Part shown: positions 1-10,360 of the stretch, one piece after another
How positions within the stretch are numbered: position 1 is the stretch's first letter
Layout of the letters: each line of letters begins with the position of its first letter
Source of the DNA: an uncultured Bacilli bacterium
GTDB lineage: Bacteria > Bacillota_I > Bacilli_A > RF39 > UBA660
DNA length: 64,000 nucleotides
Direction: 5' to 3'
Assembly (NCBI GenBank): GCA_947626095.1
Contig: CANQQV010000008.1
Location: forward strand, 11,906 to 75,905
Made by a program: the position numbers and the translations under genes
The notes under the pieces: model-generated
Databases searched by the model: none
Seen by the model: the letters and a program-made list of their open reading frames with translations, nothing else
What the model was told of the DNA's origin: nothing

Positions 1-271
1 AAAAGTCATCATTAATAACTAAGATATAATAGTTGATAGAGCTAACGTTACAGCCGTTAAAGATAAATTTAGAACCATTAAGTTCTTCTTTATATTCGTA
101 AATACCATTATAATTATCATTGATAGCATTGTCATTCTTAAAGCCATCAATTATATTCTGAATAGGATTTTTACCACCTTTAACGAAGTAAAAAGCTAAT
201 ACTGACAAGCCAATAAGTAATACAATAATAATGATACCCATAACTATTTTTAAGGTTTTATGTTTGTTCAT
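1..271 (-). CDS. Partial membrane-anchored hypothetical protein (runs off window start)
   Basis: ATG at 271 with GGAG RBS; translates MNKHKTLKIVMGIIIIVLLIGLSVLAFYFVKGG..., open to position 1; N-terminal TM helix. Confidence 0.75.
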   Translation of the reverse strand, partial: MNKHKTLKIVMGIIIIVLLIGLSVLAFYFVKGGKNPIQNIIDGFKNDNAINDNYNGIYEYKEELNGSKFIFNGCNVSSINYYILVINDDF

Positions 272-348
272 AGTATACGCTCCCTATTCTTTAGATAATT
301 ATAACACATAAATAAAGTTTATTTTAAAAAAAAAGAATGCTAAGCATT

Positions 349-1455
349 CTATTTTTTATAATTATTATCTAAACCTGTATATACAAGTGAAAAAGTATCT
401 TCTTCATCTTCATTAAAGCTTGTACTACCAATATAATTATCTCTGCTAGTTATTAATTCACTTACTATGCTCTTTTGTTTATTAAATAATTGAGCGACAG
501 TATTATTGGCATTACTTATTTTATAGTTAGCTCTATTTACAATAGTTTGATCATAATAAATAATAAACTCGATTAACTTTTCTTTAAATAATTCACTAGG
601 TAATATTTCTAGAGATGGTAATTTAGCAAAGTCAATAAATGATTTATATAATTCTTCTTTATCAATATTAGCTAGTTCTTCAGGACTTGGTTCTTTTAAG
701 CCTAAATCTTCTTCATCTAAGTTAACACCTATTTTAGCATATAGACGATGAGACATATAAGCTCCACGACGAATAGTCATATTATCTAAAAATTCATAAA
801 ATAATTGTCTTAAAACTTCACAATATTTTTTTACTTCATCAGTATAGTCTTGATATGCTTTGTCAAGATTAGGAAGACTTGTCTGATTATGTTCAGCTAG
901 ACCAGCTTTTAACTTTTTCATTTTAGAGGCTTTTAATGCTCGTACAATAAAGCCACTTCTTTGAATGTCGCTGATGGCATCGGTGTATTTAGCACGGCCC
1001 ATGCCATCAATTGTTCTTGTGTGAATAAAATTATCTTTACGATTTTCAACATGAGAAAAGGCAATACTAGCTCTAATATAAGGAGCATTAATTAATACTC
1101 TATTTAACGTTTCAATTCTTTTTTGAGCAGAATTCTTAAGGTCAATAGAAATTTTTCGGGCTTGGTAAATACCATTAATTTCACCAGTTAAATCATTTAA
1201 ACTATCTAGTGTAACACCTATTTTTTCAGCATTACGAGCTTTAGCATAATCAAGATATCTTTGATAATACTTTAAATCTTCACCTGTTATAAAATGTTTA
1301 AAAATAAGTTCAAGCATTTCTTGACGTTCAAAATGAGTACCGCTTAAATTATTCTGTTTGATTATTTCTTTTAATTCACTATCATTTTTTTGATTTAGTT
1401 CTTCTAAAAATGATAAGGTCTTTTTTACACTATTTATCATTTTTTCATCTATCAT
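349..1455 (-). CDS. Hypothetical protein, helical/coiled-coil
   Basis: 368-aa ORF starting 1 nt after the upstream stop; terminator hairpin at ~326-350; no motif recognised. Confidence 0.75.
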   Translation of the reverse strand: MIDEKMINSVKKTLSFLEELNQKNDSELKEIIKQNNLSGTHFERQEMLELIFKHFITGEDLKYYQRYLDYAKARNAEKIGVTLDSLNDLTGEINGIYQARKISIDLKNSAQKRIETLNRVLINAPYIRASIAFSHVENRKDNFIHTRTIDGMGRAKYTDAISDIQRSGFIVRALKASKMKKLKAGLAEHNQTSLPNLDKAYQDYTDEVKKYCEVLRQLFYEFLDNMTIRRGAYMSHRLYAKIGVNLDEEDLGLKEPSPEELANIDKEELYKSFIDFAKLPSLEILPSELFKEKLIEFIIYYDQTIVNRANYKISNANNTVAQLFNKQKSIVSELITSRDNYIGSTSFNEDEEDTFSLVYTGLDNNYKK

Positions 1456-1456
1456 A

Positions 1457-2842
1457 TTAATTACCTGCTTTCATATTTAATTTTGGTCCATCTAATAATT
1501 CTCTAGTTATGTTACTTGTAATATAAATTTTTATATCTTCATATATTCTATTTATTTCTACTTCAGTAAAACCTAAGTCTAACAATGGTTTATCTATGGT
1601 ATTAAGGCTATTATCGTTTTCATCATAATATTTTCTAATTGAAGTATATCTTTTGACATTACTAACCTGTTCTTTTAAATTATCGGTTGTATTATTTAAA
1701 GAATCTTTAGCTTGTTGCATTTGTTTAGTTAATTCTTCAATTTCTTGTTTTAAATAGTTTATAGCATCTAATATTAATTTCTGTTTAAATTCATGAGGAT
1801 TAACGTAAGGACGATTGTTATAGTAATGAGCAAAATAAAGATTAAATGTATTAGTTAGATTAAATTCTTCATTTTGATTAAATTGTTCTAAGAATTTTTT
1901 AAAGATAGGATAATTCATATAATATGTAAATATTGTTAGTAATTCTTCTTTATTGCTTTTGCTTTTACGTTTAAATAAAGGTTTGTTTTGACGTTCTTGT
2001 TCAAGACTATCACCTATTATCTCGCCAATTAAAGAAGTAAGTAATAAAGATATCTCGACTACTTCTTGATGAATATCAGAAATTCTTGTATTTTTATCGG
2101 CCATATCACCAATGATAGTTTGAACTTTATCGACTTCACTTTCAGGATCAGTAGTTGTAAATTCTTTTTCACATTCTTCTTTAATGAATCTTTGTTTATA
2201 CCATTTATATATGTTTAAATCAATATCATAGAATTTACTTACTAAAGTCATGAATTCTTGGTATGAACAGTTTTCTAAAGTTTTAAAGTAACTATCTCTT
2301 TCTTTTATATTAGCTTGTAATCTATCGTTTATTTGATGATATTTTAAGCTAGCATAATAATTAGGACCTAAAGCTGTTTTTAAACGATTAATTTCAGTTT
2401 CATCTTCTTTAATTAATGGATTGTAATAGTTTTCTACAATTACACGAAACATATCTTTACGTCTTTTTTCATCAATATTGTCTAAGATATAGAATCTTCT
2501 TATGGTATCCCCTATTTGATTTAAAATATCTAGTTTCTTTTCAAATTGGTCTTTAATTACATAATTACTTAATTCATTGGTATTAGTTAAGTCAGCGTAG
2601 AATTTAATATAAGCTATTTCATCTTCAGTTAACATATATTTTGGATTAATCGATTTATCGTAAGTAATAAATGATAAACGTCTAGCACGACGATATTCTT
2701 GTTCACTTACTAAGCCATTAGCATAATCATAGTTTAATAGTGATTGACAATTATGATATTTTTCATATAAATGAAATAAATTGTTTTTTACTTCGTTAAT
2801 AGTATCCTGATATTCTTTAAAGATTCCCATTTCTATTGCCAT
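1457..2842 (-). CDS. Hypothetical coiled-coil protein
   Basis: 461-aa ORF with GAGGGG RBS and extended -10-like TGaTAGAAT upstream; no motif recognised. Confidence 0.75.
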   Translation of the reverse strand: MAIEMGIFKEYQDTINEVKNNLFHLYEKYHNCQSLLNYDYANGLVSEQEYRRARRLSFITYDKSINPKYMLTEDEIAYIKFYADLTNTNELSNYVIKDQFEKKLDILNQIGDTIRRFYILDNIDEKRRKDMFRVIVENYYNPLIKEDETEINRLKTALGPNYYASLKYHQINDRLQANIKERDSYFKTLENCSYQEFMTLVSKFYDIDLNIYKWYKQRFIKEECEKEFTTTDPESEVDKVQTIIGDMADKNTRISDIHQEVVEISLLLTSLIGEIIGDSLEQERQNKPLFKRKSKSNKEELLTIFTYYMNYPIFKKFLEQFNQNEEFNLTNTFNLYFAHYYNNRPYVNPHEFKQKLILDAINYLKQEIEELTKQMQQAKDSLNNTTDNLKEQVSNVKRYTSIRKYYDENDNSLNTIDKPLLDLGFTEVEINRIYEDIKIYITSNITRELLDGPKLNMKAGN

Positions 2843-2918
2843 ACAAAAGCCCCCTCTTTAATGGCGTTTATTCTATCACAACTTTAAAATAATAGCAAAT
2901 AAAAAGACCATTTTGGTC

Positions 2919-4376
2919 TTAACTACTTGAATGATATATATTATCGTTTAAAATATCATAAAATTCAAGGTCTTCGATATAGTATTCTTTTTCATCAATT
3001 AATACTTTAACATATTCATCATTAGTACCAACAATGGTTATTTCATCATCAATATTTAGCATTTTATACTCATTTTCCCATAAGAAGTCATATGGTTTAT
3101 AAAGTACTTGAACTGGTTTAGTAACTTTAACGGTTAAATTAACCTCAGTAAATGGGACTTCAGCTAGTTGCATAGCAAAACAATTTGGATCGTTTATATA
3201 ATAAGTATTATTTTCATATAATATTTTAACCCACTCTTTACCAAGACCAATTACTTTTATTTTAGTATCTTTGTTTAAAGTACCAGCTTTATTAGGAATG
3301 GTTGTATAGGGGCTAATTCTTAGATAAGAATCTTTAGTTAGAATAGTATCCATATCGATTGCTTTAAATTCGATTTCTTCAAGATCACCTGGTTTATAAA
3401 CGCCATTAACAATACTTCTTTTAGTAGCATCATTAGTGACACTAAAATATGAAACGTTCATATCAACTCGACCTTTTATACCTGGTACACTACCACTACT
3501 GGTATATTGCCACATATAATAACGGCCTTTATAAGTAGCTTCATCGTTGTATTGAGCAAGCCAGATACGATAATTATTAAATTTAGCAGTGTCAAAGTAT
3601 TGATTAAATGCACGAGCATAGGAATAAATCATAGGTGTATAACCTTTACTTTTAACATAATCACTAAAAGCAATGGCATTATTAGTTAATGTGCTATAAC
3701 TAACACCTTTTAAGCGATATTTATCAAAAATTTCAGTATCAATAGCTACAGGGTATGAAATATCATAATCTTTAATCAAATTAATTACCCATTTGGCTTC
3801 TTCAATAGCTTCAGTTTTATTTTTAGCCATAGAAAAGAAGTAAACACCAACATTTATATTATTAGCAATAGCACCTTTAATATTATTTAAAAAGTATGAA
3901 TCCAAAGTTATTTTACCAGAATCCATTCCTCTAAAGCCACATCTAATCATAGCAAAGTTAATACCTGAGGCTTTTACTTTTTTCCAATCGATTGTACCTT
4001 GCCAAGTTGAAACATCAATACCTAAACTAGTTTCATTGGTTTCATATTTAGCAACGGCTTTTTTGGCAGTTGTCTTTTTAGCTGTTCCTTTTACTTGATT
4101 ATTCTTTTTTATTTCTAAAGAAGGATCTTCTTTCATAACTTCTGGTTCAGTTAAAATGATATTTTTGGCTTCTGATGATAAATCGACATAAAAAGATGGT
4201 CCAGGAGCAGAAGACAAAAAGTCACTTATTTTTCGATCAACTGTATTATTGAATTTTTTATTTTCTTCTGAATCTTTTAGAGCATAGCTACGATTATTTA
4301 TTGAAGCAAAAGAAAGTATTAACATTATTAATACTAAACAGATAATAATTGATTTTAAAACATTCTTTTGTTTCAT
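2919..4376 (-). CDS. Glycoside hydrolase family 25 muramidase with N-terminal anchor and C-terminal SH3b-like repeats
   Basis: GIDVSTWQG, FAMIRCG, VAIDTE, WLAQY, WQYTSSG..VDMN GH25 motifs. Confidence 0.9.
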   Translation of the reverse strand: MKQKNVLKSIIICLVLIMLILSFASINNRSYALKDSEENKKFNNTVDRKISDFLSSAPGPSFYVDLSSEAKNIILTEPEVMKEDPSLEIKKNNQVKGTAKKTTAKKAVAKYETNETSLGIDVSTWQGTIDWKKVKASGINFAMIRCGFRGMDSGKITLDSYFLNNIKGAIANNINVGVYFFSMAKNKTEAIEEAKWVINLIKDYDISYPVAIDTEIFDKYRLKGVSYSTLTNNAIAFSDYVKSKGYTPMIYSYARAFNQYFDTAKFNNYRIWLAQYNDEATYKGRYYMWQYTSSGSVPGIKGRVDMNVSYFSVTNDATKRSIVNGVYKPGDLEEIEFKAIDMDTILTKDSYLRISPYTTIPNKAGTLNKDTKIKVIGLGKEWVKILYENNTYYINDPNCFAMQLAEVPFTEVNLTVKVTKPVQVLYKPYDFLWENEYKMLNIDDEITIVGTNDEYVKVLIDEKEYYIEDLEFYDILNDNIYHSSS

Positions 4377-4485
4377 ATACTAATACTAACTCCTATTTTA
4401 AATATAGCAGAGTTAAATATTTACTGCAATGAAACTGGATTAATTAATTTTTACTTAACGTCAAAAAAAAGACTTATAAAAGTCT

Positions 4486-5454
4486 TTATTCGGTAATATT
4501 GTCCCCTTCTTCTAACATTTTAATAATACTTATACCGTAGCCGTTAGTTACATCATCAACTAGAACTCTAGTAACAGCACCGATTATCATATCATTTTGA
4601 ACAATTGGGGAACCACTCATGCCTTGAACAATACCACCACTCATTTCGAGTAAAGTTTTATCTGTTACTTCAAAATAAATGTTTTTTTCATCATTATTGC
4701 GATTGATTTCAAGAATTTCAATAGCATATGGTTTTGTCTCGTTATTTTCATTAGTGGTATAGATATACGCTTTTCCTAATGATACTTCATCTAATGAAGC
4801 TACTTTGAGTTTTTGTTTATTTAAGTCTATCTCATTATATAAGCCAAAAATACCATAGTTACTATTTTTTTCAATTGTACCTAAAATTTGATTTTTATCA
4901 ATATTAGCGTTTTTACTACCAGGATTTCCATTGGTACTTCTAGTAAAACTGGTTACTTTGGCAGCGTAAGTATAACCGGTTCTAATATCAATTCTTTGAT
5001 TTGTTTCACTTAAGTTTAAACTATGACCTAAAACACCATATACTTTAGTAGCTGGATCAATATATGTTAAAGTACCAATACCAATAACATTGCCTTTAAC
5101 ATATAGTCCTGTTCGATAGGTGTCGTTAGATAAAACTAATTTTAAATTATCTTGATATGATTTATTGGCTCTTTCGTAGGTTATTAAGACTTTGTTCTTA
5201 ACCATATATTTATCAATAAGTTTAACTAAATTTTCCGTTGATGTTACCTCTTCATTATTAACTTTGGTAATCTTATCACCGATTTCTAAAAAGGTATTAA
5301 TATTATGACCTTGTACTTTATAAAAACCGATAACCATAATACCTTTACTATTTACTTCGATACCTAAGGTTTCACCACCAGGGATTATATAGTCACTATA
5401 GGCATAGACGATTAAAGGAAAAATTAAGATTATTAACCATAAGATTTTTTTCAT
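4486..5454 (-). CDS. spoIVB: SpoIVB peptidase (PDZ + S55 serine peptidase)
   Basis: IPGGETLGI, GIGTLTYID, LGHS, GIVQGMSGSPIVQ motifs; start placed at MKKILW behind AGGTG RBS. Confidence 0.92.
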   Translation of the reverse strand: MKKILWLIILIFPLIVYAYSDYIIPGGETLGIEVNSKGIMVIGFYKVQGHNINTFLEIGDKITKVNNEEVTSTENLVKLIDKYMVKNKVLITYERANKSYQDNLKLVLSNDTYRTGLYVKGNVIGIGTLTYIDPATKVYGVLGHSLNLSETNQRIDIRTGYTYAAKVTSFTRSTNGNPGSKNANIDKNQILGTIEKNSNYGIFGLYNEIDLNKQKLKVASLDEVSLGKAYIYTTNENNETKPYAIEILEINRNNDEKNIYFEVTDKTLLEMSGGIVQGMSGSPIVQNDMIIGAVTRVLVDDVTNGYGISIIKMLEEGDNITE

Positions 5455-5531
5455 TGGAATCACCTAATATTATTATTGGTAAGAATATAAAGAATATAAA
5501 ACCAATTAATACCAAGAAAAAAAAGAAAAAT

Positions 5532-6986
5532 TTATTTTTCCTTTTTAACTATTTCATAGATACCTTTATCAACAACGGCAAAGTTGCCTTTAACAGTAAT
5601 ACTTTGACCAGTAATACTATCTAGTAAATTTTCATTATTGTCAAAAATATTTAAAGATTTAATACCATCACTTTCTTTGATATAAGCAACATATTCTTCA
5701 TTTCTTAAAACTAGTTTGCCTTGATCAAAATTTACTTCTTCTCCGGTTTGATTATAATACTTATTAATTTCTTGTTCATCGTTTGAAGTGTAATTTATTT
5801 GGATAGTATTATTAGATACTAAGTTTATATTGTTGATTTTTTCTACGTCATTTAATTGAACGGAAAATAATAAATTAAAATCAGTATCATATATTTTTAA
5901 ATTGTAAGCTTTATCGTATAGGTAAATAATATTGTTAACGTCAAAACCTAGTTGAGTTATGGTTTCGTTTATTTTACCATTGCTAATAATATACAGATTA
6001 TGATTTTCATATTCCGTTTTATTGGCATCTTCCATATAGTTATTAACAATAAATAAACGACCACCGGCTTTGTATAAATGTAAGCTATTCATACTACTTC
6101 TTAAATCATAATCTAGTAAACTATCATATTTCATTTTAAAGCCAACTATTTCGTTATAGTCTTTACTATAAATGGCTAGTTTATTGTTTTTATTAACTAG
6201 TAAATAATAATTTTCGTATAAATCTATTACTTTATAATTAGGTTTAATTATGACCTCATTTTTATTAGATATAATGCCATATTGCTGTTTTTGATTTTCT
6301 ATAATAAAAGAATCATTATAAGTATTAATTATATTAGCATATTGATAAGGAATAACAACATAGCCATTGTAATCGACAGCTCCCATTAAGTTATCATTAT
6401 TTTTCATTATTAAGTATTTATTACTATGAACATAGTATTTATCTTCATCAACGCTATCGCCGACTAATAAAGCATTTTTAATAATTACAATATGTCCATC
6501 ATTAATATTATAAAGATAAGTATCATTATCATTAATACCTACAAAACCAACGATATATTCTTGATAAGAATTTTTATAAATAAGAGGTTTAAGGTTTTTA
6601 ACATCATTTAATTGATATAATTCTTTTATATTTTCTCCATCGAAAATATAGACATTAAGGTTATTATTATCTTGATAATAGATTAAATAGTTATCATCTT
6701 TTAACCTATAAATATGGTTATATGAAATATCTTCAATACTTTTGTATACTTCTTCGCCTTGTTTGTTTATAATGACACTAATTTTATCGTTATTATAAGA
6801 ACCGATGAAGTAATCACCCATTGGTTTTAAATTATAATCTGAAAGATATATTTGATTTATTTTTACTTTTATACTATCAGTTTGACTAGCATTAATAATA
6901 AATAGTATTGTTAGAGCAATAACGACTAATAAAAGTAGGACAACTATTGTTATAATGGTATATTGTGTTTTTTTTGTATTATCCAT
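5532..6986 (-). CDS. Membrane-anchored WG-repeat-like protein
   Basis: N-terminal TM; GAVDYNGYVVIPYQY and YGIISNKNEVIIKPNY repeats. Confidence 0.7.
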   Translation of the reverse strand: MDNTKKTQYTIITIVVLLLLVVIALTILFIINASQTDSIKVKINQIYLSDYNLKPMGDYFIGSYNNDKISVIINKQGEEVYKSIEDISYNHIYRLKDDNYLIYYQDNNNLNVYIFDGENIKELYQLNDVKNLKPLIYKNSYQEYIVGFVGINDNDTYLYNINDGHIVIIKNALLVGDSVDEDKYYVHSNKYLIMKNNDNLMGAVDYNGYVVIPYQYANIINTYNDSFIIENQKQQYGIISNKNEVIIKPNYKVIDLYENYYLLVNKNNKLAIYSKDYNEIVGFKMKYDSLLDYDLRSSMNSLHLYKAGGRLFIVNNYMEDANKTEYENHNLYIISNGKINETITQLGFDVNNIIYLYDKAYNLKIYDTDFNLLFSVQLNDVEKINNINLVSNNTIQINYTSNDEQEINKYYNQTGEEVNFDQGKLVLRNEEYVAYIKESDGIKSLNIFDNNENLLDSITGQSITVKGNFAVVDKGIYEIVKKEK

Positions 6987-7042
6987 ATATTTAATCACTT
7001 CAATAAAAATCATATCATAAAACACTAATAAAAAAAAGATGA

Positions 7043-8698
7043 TTATTCATCTTTTCTTATTGTGAAATAAGTATGATTATCCGCATAAATTACTCGGTCA
7101 TCAGCAATTTGAGTAAATAATTTATTATCTTCGTTTTCTTCATCATTATTATATTTATACTTAAAGATTTCTTTATCTTTTAAATATACTTTAGTTTCTT
7201 GATTTTCACCATTCATTTTAAAGACAATATCGTCTAAGATTTTTTCTTCATAGTCTAGAGCTTTGTCTAATTTTTCACCAGTTTTTATATTGTAATATAG
7301 ATTACTATTTAAGAAATTAGTTGATAATGTACCATAAGATATCTTGAAAGTTGGTTCTTGATCATAATCATAGTCTTTAAAATTAATCTTATATAATTCT
7401 TTAAAGTCTAAGTCATAGAATGTGTACTCTTTATTATCAGAATTATATAACCAAATTATATTATTGGAAAAATCGACTTCAATTTTATTTTCAGGTATAG
7501 TTTCATATTTACCAGTAGAATCGATTAAATAAGCTTCATTTTTATTATATTTAACTGCTTCTTCAGATTCATTAACATTAGTAACTAGTAAGTATTTATC
7601 ATTAAGATGATAAGAAGTAAAGGTATTATAGTTACCACAACATTCATGATATAAGTAACCATTATCTTCATTATCTTGAAAATCAAAGACAAAATTAGTA
7701 ACTAATTTATATTTATCATCCATTAAAGCTAATTTATCGTTTTTACCAACAATGTAATAACCGTCATTAACATCGATAAAGTCATAATTATAATCAACTA
7801 TTTTTCTTAAACTTGAATCGATGATTCCAGCTTTATTATTTTTGATAGCAACAAAGTTATTATTGTTTTTATCACGATATAAAACATCATAAGAAGCATC
7901 AATTACTTTAGCGTTATCAACAACATTATATACACCATACTTACCTGCTTCGTTAATATAGATAGCATACTTATTATTTTGAAGATAAATTGGATCAGTA
8001 ACAGCTAATTGAGAATAATCTGATACTAAGGAAATATTTTTTAACTCATATTCTTTACCATTAAGTAAATATATATATTCTTTAAAATCATCTTCTTCAT
8101 TTTCTCTTGTTGATATACCATCATAACCAAGGATAGTTTCTTTATTATCTATATCAAGATATATAGGTCTAAAATAAGTATTAGCTTGAGATAGTTTTTT
8201 TACTTCAGCTAAATCATTATTTTCTAAACGATATAGAGTTATTTCATTACCGTTTTCTATCTCCTCTTCCTTACAGAAATATAAATCTTTATTAGCATCG
8301 AGATAATAATCAGTAAAAGCTACTTCGTTTTCATAAATAGTATTTAAGTCTAAATCCATAACTTTTAATACGGAAGTATCATCATATAAAATAACGTATT
8401 TATCTTCTAAGACTTTTAGACTATTGCCATCTTCTGTTTCATAGCTGATATATTTATAACCATTTTCGTCGTTAACGCTAACTTGGCCTTTATCAGCTTG
8501 TTCTTTATTTTTAATTTCCATATACCAAATGCAACTGACAGCGATTACTGAACAAATAATGACAACTAAAATAATACAAGCTTTAAATTCATCCCAAAAA
8601 GCACCTTTTTTGGCTTTCTTTTCATTTTCTAGTAATAAATCTTCAGGATTAACTATTTCTTCTTTGGTTTCTATTTCCTTTTTTTGACGTTTACTCAT
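7043..8698 (-). CDS. Membrane-anchored WG-repeat-like protein
   Basis: Single TM; KYGVYN..VIDASYD and AGIIDSSLRKIVDYNYD repeats. Confidence 0.7.
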   Translation of the reverse strand: MSKRQKKEIETKEEIVNPEDLLLENEKKAKKGAFWDEFKACIILVVIICSVIAVSCIWYMEIKNKEQADKGQVSVNDENGYKYISYETEDGNSLKVLEDKYVILYDDTSVLKVMDLDLNTIYENEVAFTDYYLDANKDLYFCKEEEIENGNEITLYRLENNDLAEVKKLSQANTYFRPIYLDIDNKETILGYDGISTRENEEDDFKEYIYLLNGKEYELKNISLVSDYSQLAVTDPIYLQNNKYAIYINEAGKYGVYNVVDNAKVIDASYDVLYRDKNNNNFVAIKNNKAGIIDSSLRKIVDYNYDFIDVNDGYYIVGKNDKLALMDDKYKLVTNFVFDFQDNEDNGYLYHECCGNYNTFTSYHLNDKYLLVTNVNESEEAVKYNKNEAYLIDSTGKYETIPENKIEVDFSNNIIWLYNSDNKEYTFYDLDFKELYKINFKDYDYDQEPTFKISYGTLSTNFLNSNLYYNIKTGEKLDKALDYEEKILDDIVFKMNGENQETKVYLKDKEIFKYKYNNDEENEDNKLFTQIADDRVIYADNHTYFTIRKDE

Positions 8699-8757
8699 AA
8701 CCAACACCTCGTATAATCTATAATGTTATTATATCATAAATAATAAAAAAAGAAGAT

Positions 8758-8997
8758 TTATTCTTCTATTTCAAAATCTTCTAAAACGCCATTTTCTTTT
8801 AAAATCAAATTAACTTTTTCAGTAGCAGCATTTAATTTATCACTAGCATATTTAGCAAGTTTCATTGCTTCACTATATTTAGCAATTGCTTGGTCTAAAT
8901 CGACATTACCTGCTTCTAACTCTTTAACTATACTTTCTAATTCAGTTAAATTTTCTTCAAATGTTTTTTCGTTTTTTTCTTCAACTGTCTTGGCCAT
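8758..8997 (-). CDS. xseB: Exodeoxyribonuclease VII small subunit
   Basis: FEENLTELESIVKELEAGNVDLDQAIAKYSEAMKL; follows xseA. Confidence 0.95.
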   Translation of the reverse strand: MAKTVEEKNEKTFEENLTELESIVKELEAGNVDLDQAIAKYSEAMKLAKYASDKLNAATEKVNLILKENGVLEDFEIEE

Positions 8998-10327
8998 TTT
9001 TATCTATCTCCTTTACTATCGCCTTTACATTACCTTTATGCATTCTAATATCTAAGACATCGTTAACTTTTAAAGTATTTATATCTTTAATAGTTACGCC
9101 ATCAACCGTAACTAAACTGTAACCTTTACTTAAAATATTTAAAGGATTTAATAAATCTAATTTATTGATTAATAGTTCAAATTGATGTTTATCTGTAGAA
9201 ATCTTATTAATAATTGTTTGATTAAGAATTTTTTGGTAATTACCTATTTTTTCTCTTTTGATATCGTATGATGCTAAAGGATTTTTTAAAACATAAGCTT
9301 TTTTAATATTATCTATTCTAATTTTATATTCATTTATTATATTGATGATACGTTTATTTAATTGATCGATATAATGATCTAGTTTTTGTTCTTTAACTTC
9401 ATATAAAGCCATTGGATTTTTAAGAATATAAGAATTCTTTATATTATCTAATCGTTTGTTGTTAAAGTTAATAATACCTTTAATAACTTCATTAAGTCTG
9501 ATTGTATATTGAACAATTAATGTTTTTAAATCAACTAAGTTAGGAACAGCCATTTCGGCAGCACCGGTTGGAGTTGGAGCGCGTAAATCAGCGACAAAGT
9601 CAGCAATCGTAAAATCTATTTCGTGACCTACGGCACTAATAATAGGAATTTTAGAATCGTAAATAGCATGAGCGACACATTCTTCGTTAAAAGCCCATAA
9701 ATCTTCAATTGATCCACCACCACGACCACAGATAATAACATCTAAGTCAAAGTCTTGGGCACGATTAATTTGTTCAACAATGCTCTCTTTAGCCCCTACT
9801 CCTTGAACTAAAGCAGGAAATAAAATTGTTTCACATAGCGGGTAACGACGTTTAATGGTACTAAGAATATCTCTTATAGCAGCACCAGTTGGAGCCGTTA
9901 TAATACCAATCTTTTTAGGAAACTTAGGAATTGGCTTTTTATGTTCAGGACTAAATAGACCTTGAGCTTCTAACTTTTTCTTTAGTTTTTCGTATTCTAA
10001 ATATAAGTTACCTATACCATCTAAGTCCATTTGTTCAACGTATATTTGGTAACCACCAGTAGCTTCATAAACAGTAACACGACCACAAACTAAGACTTTC
10101 ATTCCGTCTTCTGGTTCAAAGGTCATTTTACTGGCAGAAGAAGCAAACATGACAGCGGCAATACGGCTATTTTCATCTTTTAAAGTAAAATATAAATGAC
10201 CACGTGAATGATGCTTAAAGTTACTTATCTCACCTTTAATATATACCCTATTAAGCTCAGGTTTACTATCAAACATGTTTTTTATGGCTCTATTTAAGGC
10301 CGTAATAGAATAATACTTTATATCCAT
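8981..10327 (-). CDS. xseA: Exodeoxyribonuclease VII large subunit
   Basis: GEISNFK, GHLYFTLKD, RGGGSIEDLWAFNEE, SAVGHEIDFT, RAPTPTGAAE. Confidence 0.97.
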   Translation of the reverse strand: MDIKYYSITALNRAIKNMFDSKPELNRVYIKGEISNFKHHSRGHLYFTLKDENSRIAAVMFASSASKMTFEPEDGMKVLVCGRVTVYEATGGYQIYVEQMDLDGIGNLYLEYEKLKKKLEAQGLFSPEHKKPIPKFPKKIGIITAPTGAAIRDILSTIKRRYPLCETILFPALVQGVGAKESIVEQINRAQDFDLDVIICGRGGGSIEDLWAFNEECVAHAIYDSKIPIISAVGHEIDFTIADFVADLRAPTPTGAAEMAVPNLVDLKTLIVQYTIRLNEVIKGIINFNNKRLDNIKNSYILKNPMALYEVKEQKLDHYIDQLNKRIINIINEYKIRIDNIKKAYVLKNPLASYDIKREKIGNYQKILNQTIINKISTDKHQFELLINKLDLLNPLNILSKGYSLVTVDGVTIKDINTLKVNDVLDIRMHKGNVKAIVKEIDKNGQDS

Positions 10328-10360
10328 AACATCACCATTAAGTAATATTATACCATTTCT

